From assembly GCF_009914755.1 (NCBI RefSeq), contig NC_060925.1: 64,000 nucleotides of DNA; one strand, given 5' to 3'. A program made the position numbers and the translations under genes. Shown piece after piece: positions 57,829 to 64,000 of the stretch; positions within the stretch are counted from its first letter, which is position 1; every line of letters starts with the position of its first letter. A model generated the notes under the pieces. That model was not told the DNA's origin, did not search any database, and worked only from the letters and a program-made list of their open reading frames with translations. The stretch is from the human T2T-CHM13v2.0 reference genome, Homo sapiens.

Positions 57829-58954
57829 GAATCAATGACATTTTTCACATAAATAGAAAAAATATCCTAAAATTTATATGGAATGCTAAACTCATTCAAA
57901 AACACCCTCTCAGAAACACTGAGAATAATGTTAGACTAAATATCTGGGCACGCCATGGCCCACTGATAAAATTAACTACCACAAACACCAAAGCCAAGGC
58001 TCTTAACAATATAACTTCTGCAGTAGTCTTTAATGGAATCAGCAGAGCCACAACTTGCAAATTTTCAATGCCCTCACAGTCCTAGTAGTACTCTGAGTTT
58101 GGTAGGAGTGAGCACCATTTCAAAGCTCTATTTTGATAAAGAGTTTTTATGCAGGCAATACTTACCTTTCCACACCTGGGGTTTCCACTGAGAGAAAGGA
58201 GTGTCCACCCACCCCTAGATAGAAGAAGTATTGGGGTGAATTCTTTTGTCCCCCTTTTCATCCCCATCACTTTTACCTTCATAATCAGATGGACCAAACT
58301 GTTGGTAGCTACATCAAGAGCAAGAGGAATCACTCTGTTTGTCTTGGTCTGTCATACTTGCCTATGCCCCAGCCTGGTGGGGAAAGAGAGGGTTTGAGCA
58401 ACTTGTCTCCTTGTGGTACTCAGAACCTATAATACTTGTGACAGGCCCTGCCAGACCTGTGCTCAACTTCAGCTTCTTAGCCTAGGAGTAGGTCAGTAAC
58501 TCATGGTCTAGAAGCCAGGGTATAAGCTTGAGAAGGGAAACAAATGGCACCACTATCTTCTCTAATCCAATATAATAGTAATGGAGCTGATTCCGTATTT
58601 TGACCCTCATTTGGCTCCTTCAGTCTTCCATTGAGTAAAAATCTGAAGGGAATGAGAGTAAAATGGGCTCCAGCACATTAATAAGAATCAAACCTCCAAG
58701 ATTCCAAGGGTATTGAGAGGTCACCCACTTTCTTGATTCCTAGCACTGCTGAATCACACTGGTGAGACCCTTTATGAATACCTTCAGAGGAAGAGGCAAT
58801 ATGGCCACTTTTAGAACACTGCTGATGCTGTGTAAGCTCTTTTCACTGTCTTTCTTTTGTGTGTATGTGGAGAAGACCAGACACTTACACATCTCAGGTC
58901 TCCTACTCTATGTTAGGTAATACAGTCAAAGCCTCATTATAACCAGTTAAGATT

Positions 58955-59285
58955 ATATTGGTAGCCCCCAATAAGCCCTGCCTCCTTGCATTCACGCCTT
59001 GTGTAGCTCTCTCCCCCTTGCATCTGGGTGGCCTATGATTTGCTTCAACCAACAGAATGCAGTAGACTTGGTGCTGTGCCCATTGCAGGTGTAAGCCTTA
59101 AGATCTGGTGACTTCTGCTCCTGTGTTCTTGGGAGCCCTGAGCTTCCATGTGAAAAGTCCGGCCATGCTACAGGAGAGGCCATAAGGAGACTGTGCAACC
59201 AGAGCCAGCCTAGAGAGAAAGAGGTCCTGAGATTACATGGAGAAGAACTGAGGAATCTAGTCAACAATGAAAACCAGTAGAAGAA
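58955..59285 (+). mobile_element. MLT1 (MaLR) LTR fragment
   Basis: gatttgcttcaaccaacagaatgcag; ggccatgctacaggagaggcc. Confidence 0.7.
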
Positions 59286-60709
59286 TGAGGGGTAAAAGAT
59301 ACTCTATTAATCTACTCTTCCCCTTCCCCAGCAATCCCTAGGCTTCCCAGAGCACCATTTGTGAGAAGAAAGGGGATGATAACAAGTTGAATTCTAGTCA
59401 CAGTGTTGTCCCTAATGAGCTGTAGGTAAGTCACTTCAGCTCTGTGGATCTGGTGGGGGACAGGGTCAACTAAATCTCCATGCTTCTGGCAGCAATAAAA
59501 TATGACTGTCTAAGTAATCAGATGTATAACAAAGAACAAATCAGATGATGCCCCACAACCTGCAAGCCATGCATCCATATGGAGTAATCAAACCGGTCAT
59601 GACCATGAAATATCACTTCTCTAAATGCTGGACTCTGTGCAGCCTGGGTCATTTCAAAAACAGCAGAAACACCCTCTAAATGTAATACCCTAATTCCAGG
59701 TGAACCATGTTGTATCAGGCTTTTGCTCAATGGAATTGTTTGGATTTGGGATATGATGTGATGTGCAGTATTAATATTAAAATGTGCCATGTTGTCAAAT
59801 GAGTCAACAATAGAAATAAATCACATATTGGTGGGTCCATTTATATATGGGGAAAATGCCTAAATGTGTCTTTGAAAACAAATATGCTATTGATGCACAC
59901 ACATACCACACACGTATGTGTATATATGTATCTTTTACAAGTAGAATATGTAACTTCCAATCAGCCAATAACCCATTCTGAAGCATCAAACCTGCCTCCA
60001 AATTTGTATTTTCTGAACTTATCAAGTCCTTCCTACATTGTTCAGTAAAATGTGTAGGTTCAACCTGGCTGCCCTTGCCATGATTTATTCATTGGCTCTC
60101 ATCTGAAAGTTCCCCTGCGTCCCAAGTCTTTGATGCAAATTAGCCAGATTCTACTGCCGCCTTCTGATGCTTTTTTACCCCCTAAGGGTCTATAGCTGCA
60201 AGAGTGTGTGCAATTAAGTGTAAGGTTTCCTAAATTCAGCCTTCCTCAGCCCACATAGTTTTCCTCTGGTTCATAGCATAAAACAAACATTCTCTAAAAA
60301 TTTAAAAGACTCCCTTCCTCCCCCTACTGTGTAAAGTTTCTCCAACTGATGAGGCATGAGCCAAACTACACTGCAGTAGTCAGAAGTGTCAAAATCATTC
60401 CAAGTCTGCCATTTGCCCATAAAGCATAACACAGAGATATTCTCAAGAGAAATTATTAAAAATTGCTTTTCATCAAAATTACGACAAATAACAAAGGAAA
60501 AACTAACTGAAGCAATGACTTAGAAAAGTGACTCAGTTTGGCAATTACGCAGATAAAAGCTACATTCAGCTCGCAGTTCACACAAGTGTACTGTTCCCTG
60601 CCAACACTGGTTATTTGGAGGGCTACAGTAAGTATTTCACAATACACGTCTAATAACTTGAGATATTTTACTTAGAAGAGCACATGTCTTCCTGACATTT
60701 TGGAAATAG

Positions 60710-61050
<341 letters not shown>

Positions 61051-61870
61051 AAAAAAAGCAAGTTTGAGTAAAAGTATACTTTCCTTCTTTTAGAATAATT
61101 AAAGAATTGAAAGATAATGATTGAGATAAATGATGAGAATAAGTGCTGTGTATTTTCACTAGACAAAGACCAGAAAACAATAGTTTGATTTACCTGAACC
61201 TAAATAAAATCCATACCAGAAATTACTTCAAAAAAAAAAGACAGATCAAGGTTATTTAGGAGAATGGAGAGGATGGAATGAGAAACAAGAAATTAAATCA
61301 GTATGATATACCCAAATAAAACATCTAAAATCTTAACATCAGCAAAAGTCATCTTGTGGCTCTATTGTGATTTTCAACAATAAAGTCTCATGAAAATGAC
61401 TCTTCTAAATTGCCAAAGGCCTAATCTTTGCAGAAAACAAACGGAACTCTCAAGAGATTCAATAGTTATTTGCTCTGTCTGATCTTAATATCCTACAGAA
61501 ATACATTTTTTATTAAGTCAGTAAATTACAATGGAGAGAGAGATTTCAATTTCAAAAGCAAACTCAAATACCTCATTTACTGGGTAGTTACCCCTAAGTA
61601 CATGATTTCAAAAGCATGACCTCCATCTTCATTCAGCATCAAATTAATTTTAAAACAATAAAAACAGATGAACCAGTTTCACAAGAAGTATGGAAGAGAA
61701 TGAAAATGTGTTGAAATATAGAGACTTTTATTACTGAATGATATTTTACTTAAGAAATAAGAGATCAGTGATATCTTGAATTACTGCTAAGAAATATTTG
61801 TGTAATCAATTGTTTAAAAATGTTTCAATAGATTAATCAATCCATTGAATTGATTGATTATATATATACA

Positions 61871-62215
<345 letters not shown>

Positions 62216-62406
62216 TAATGCACATCTATATATATTATAGACAATTTGAACAAAAAGTCTTAGACCATAATTGAATAACACAAAAAATATCATTCTCAGA
62301 ACTCAAAAAAAGTGACTCAAAATAAGCAATACAAAAATATTAATGAGTACTAGAAAAAGAGGGGTTTTTTGGTAAGTTGGCTTTACATTTGTCTACTGTG
62401 TTATTT

Positions 62407-64000
<1,594 letters not shown>

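Noticed and set aside
59500-60700. Isolated AP-1 (TGAGTCA) and octamer (ATGCAAAT) motifs in a repeat-poor stretch
   Set aside because: Single short motifs are expected by chance; an enhancer cannot be supported without conservation or chromatin data

Overview
Human (primate) genomic DNA from inside KCNH1 (EAG1/Kv10.1, 1q32.2), which is transcribed on the minus strand. Four coding exons (2-5) were found by hand, none in the ORF track: 49064-49187, 45303-45409, 32369-32497 and 24598-24716. All have GT-AG ends and splice in frame into the N-terminal PAS/PAC domain and the N-terminal calmodulin-binding segment. The rest is intron and rich in repeats. It includes several L1s, all antisense to the gene, among them a full-length L1PA6-like copy with TSDs and an open, extended antisense ORF0. 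It also includes about 20 Alus, Tigger2/Tigger4/MER1/MER5 DNA transposons, MLT2/MLT1/LTR16 LTRs, and L2/MIR relics. The most unusual items are an SVA2-type VNTR retroposon in intron 1, an unexplained ~150-bp direct repeat bracketing exon 2, a fold-back palindrome joined to a duplicated Alu end, and an orphan Tigger2 fragment that may be a local copy. I see no evidence of a wholly new multi-gene system. Repeat subfamily names come from remembered consensus sequences and need RepeatMasker/Dfam confirmation. Boundaries of old repeats are approximate.
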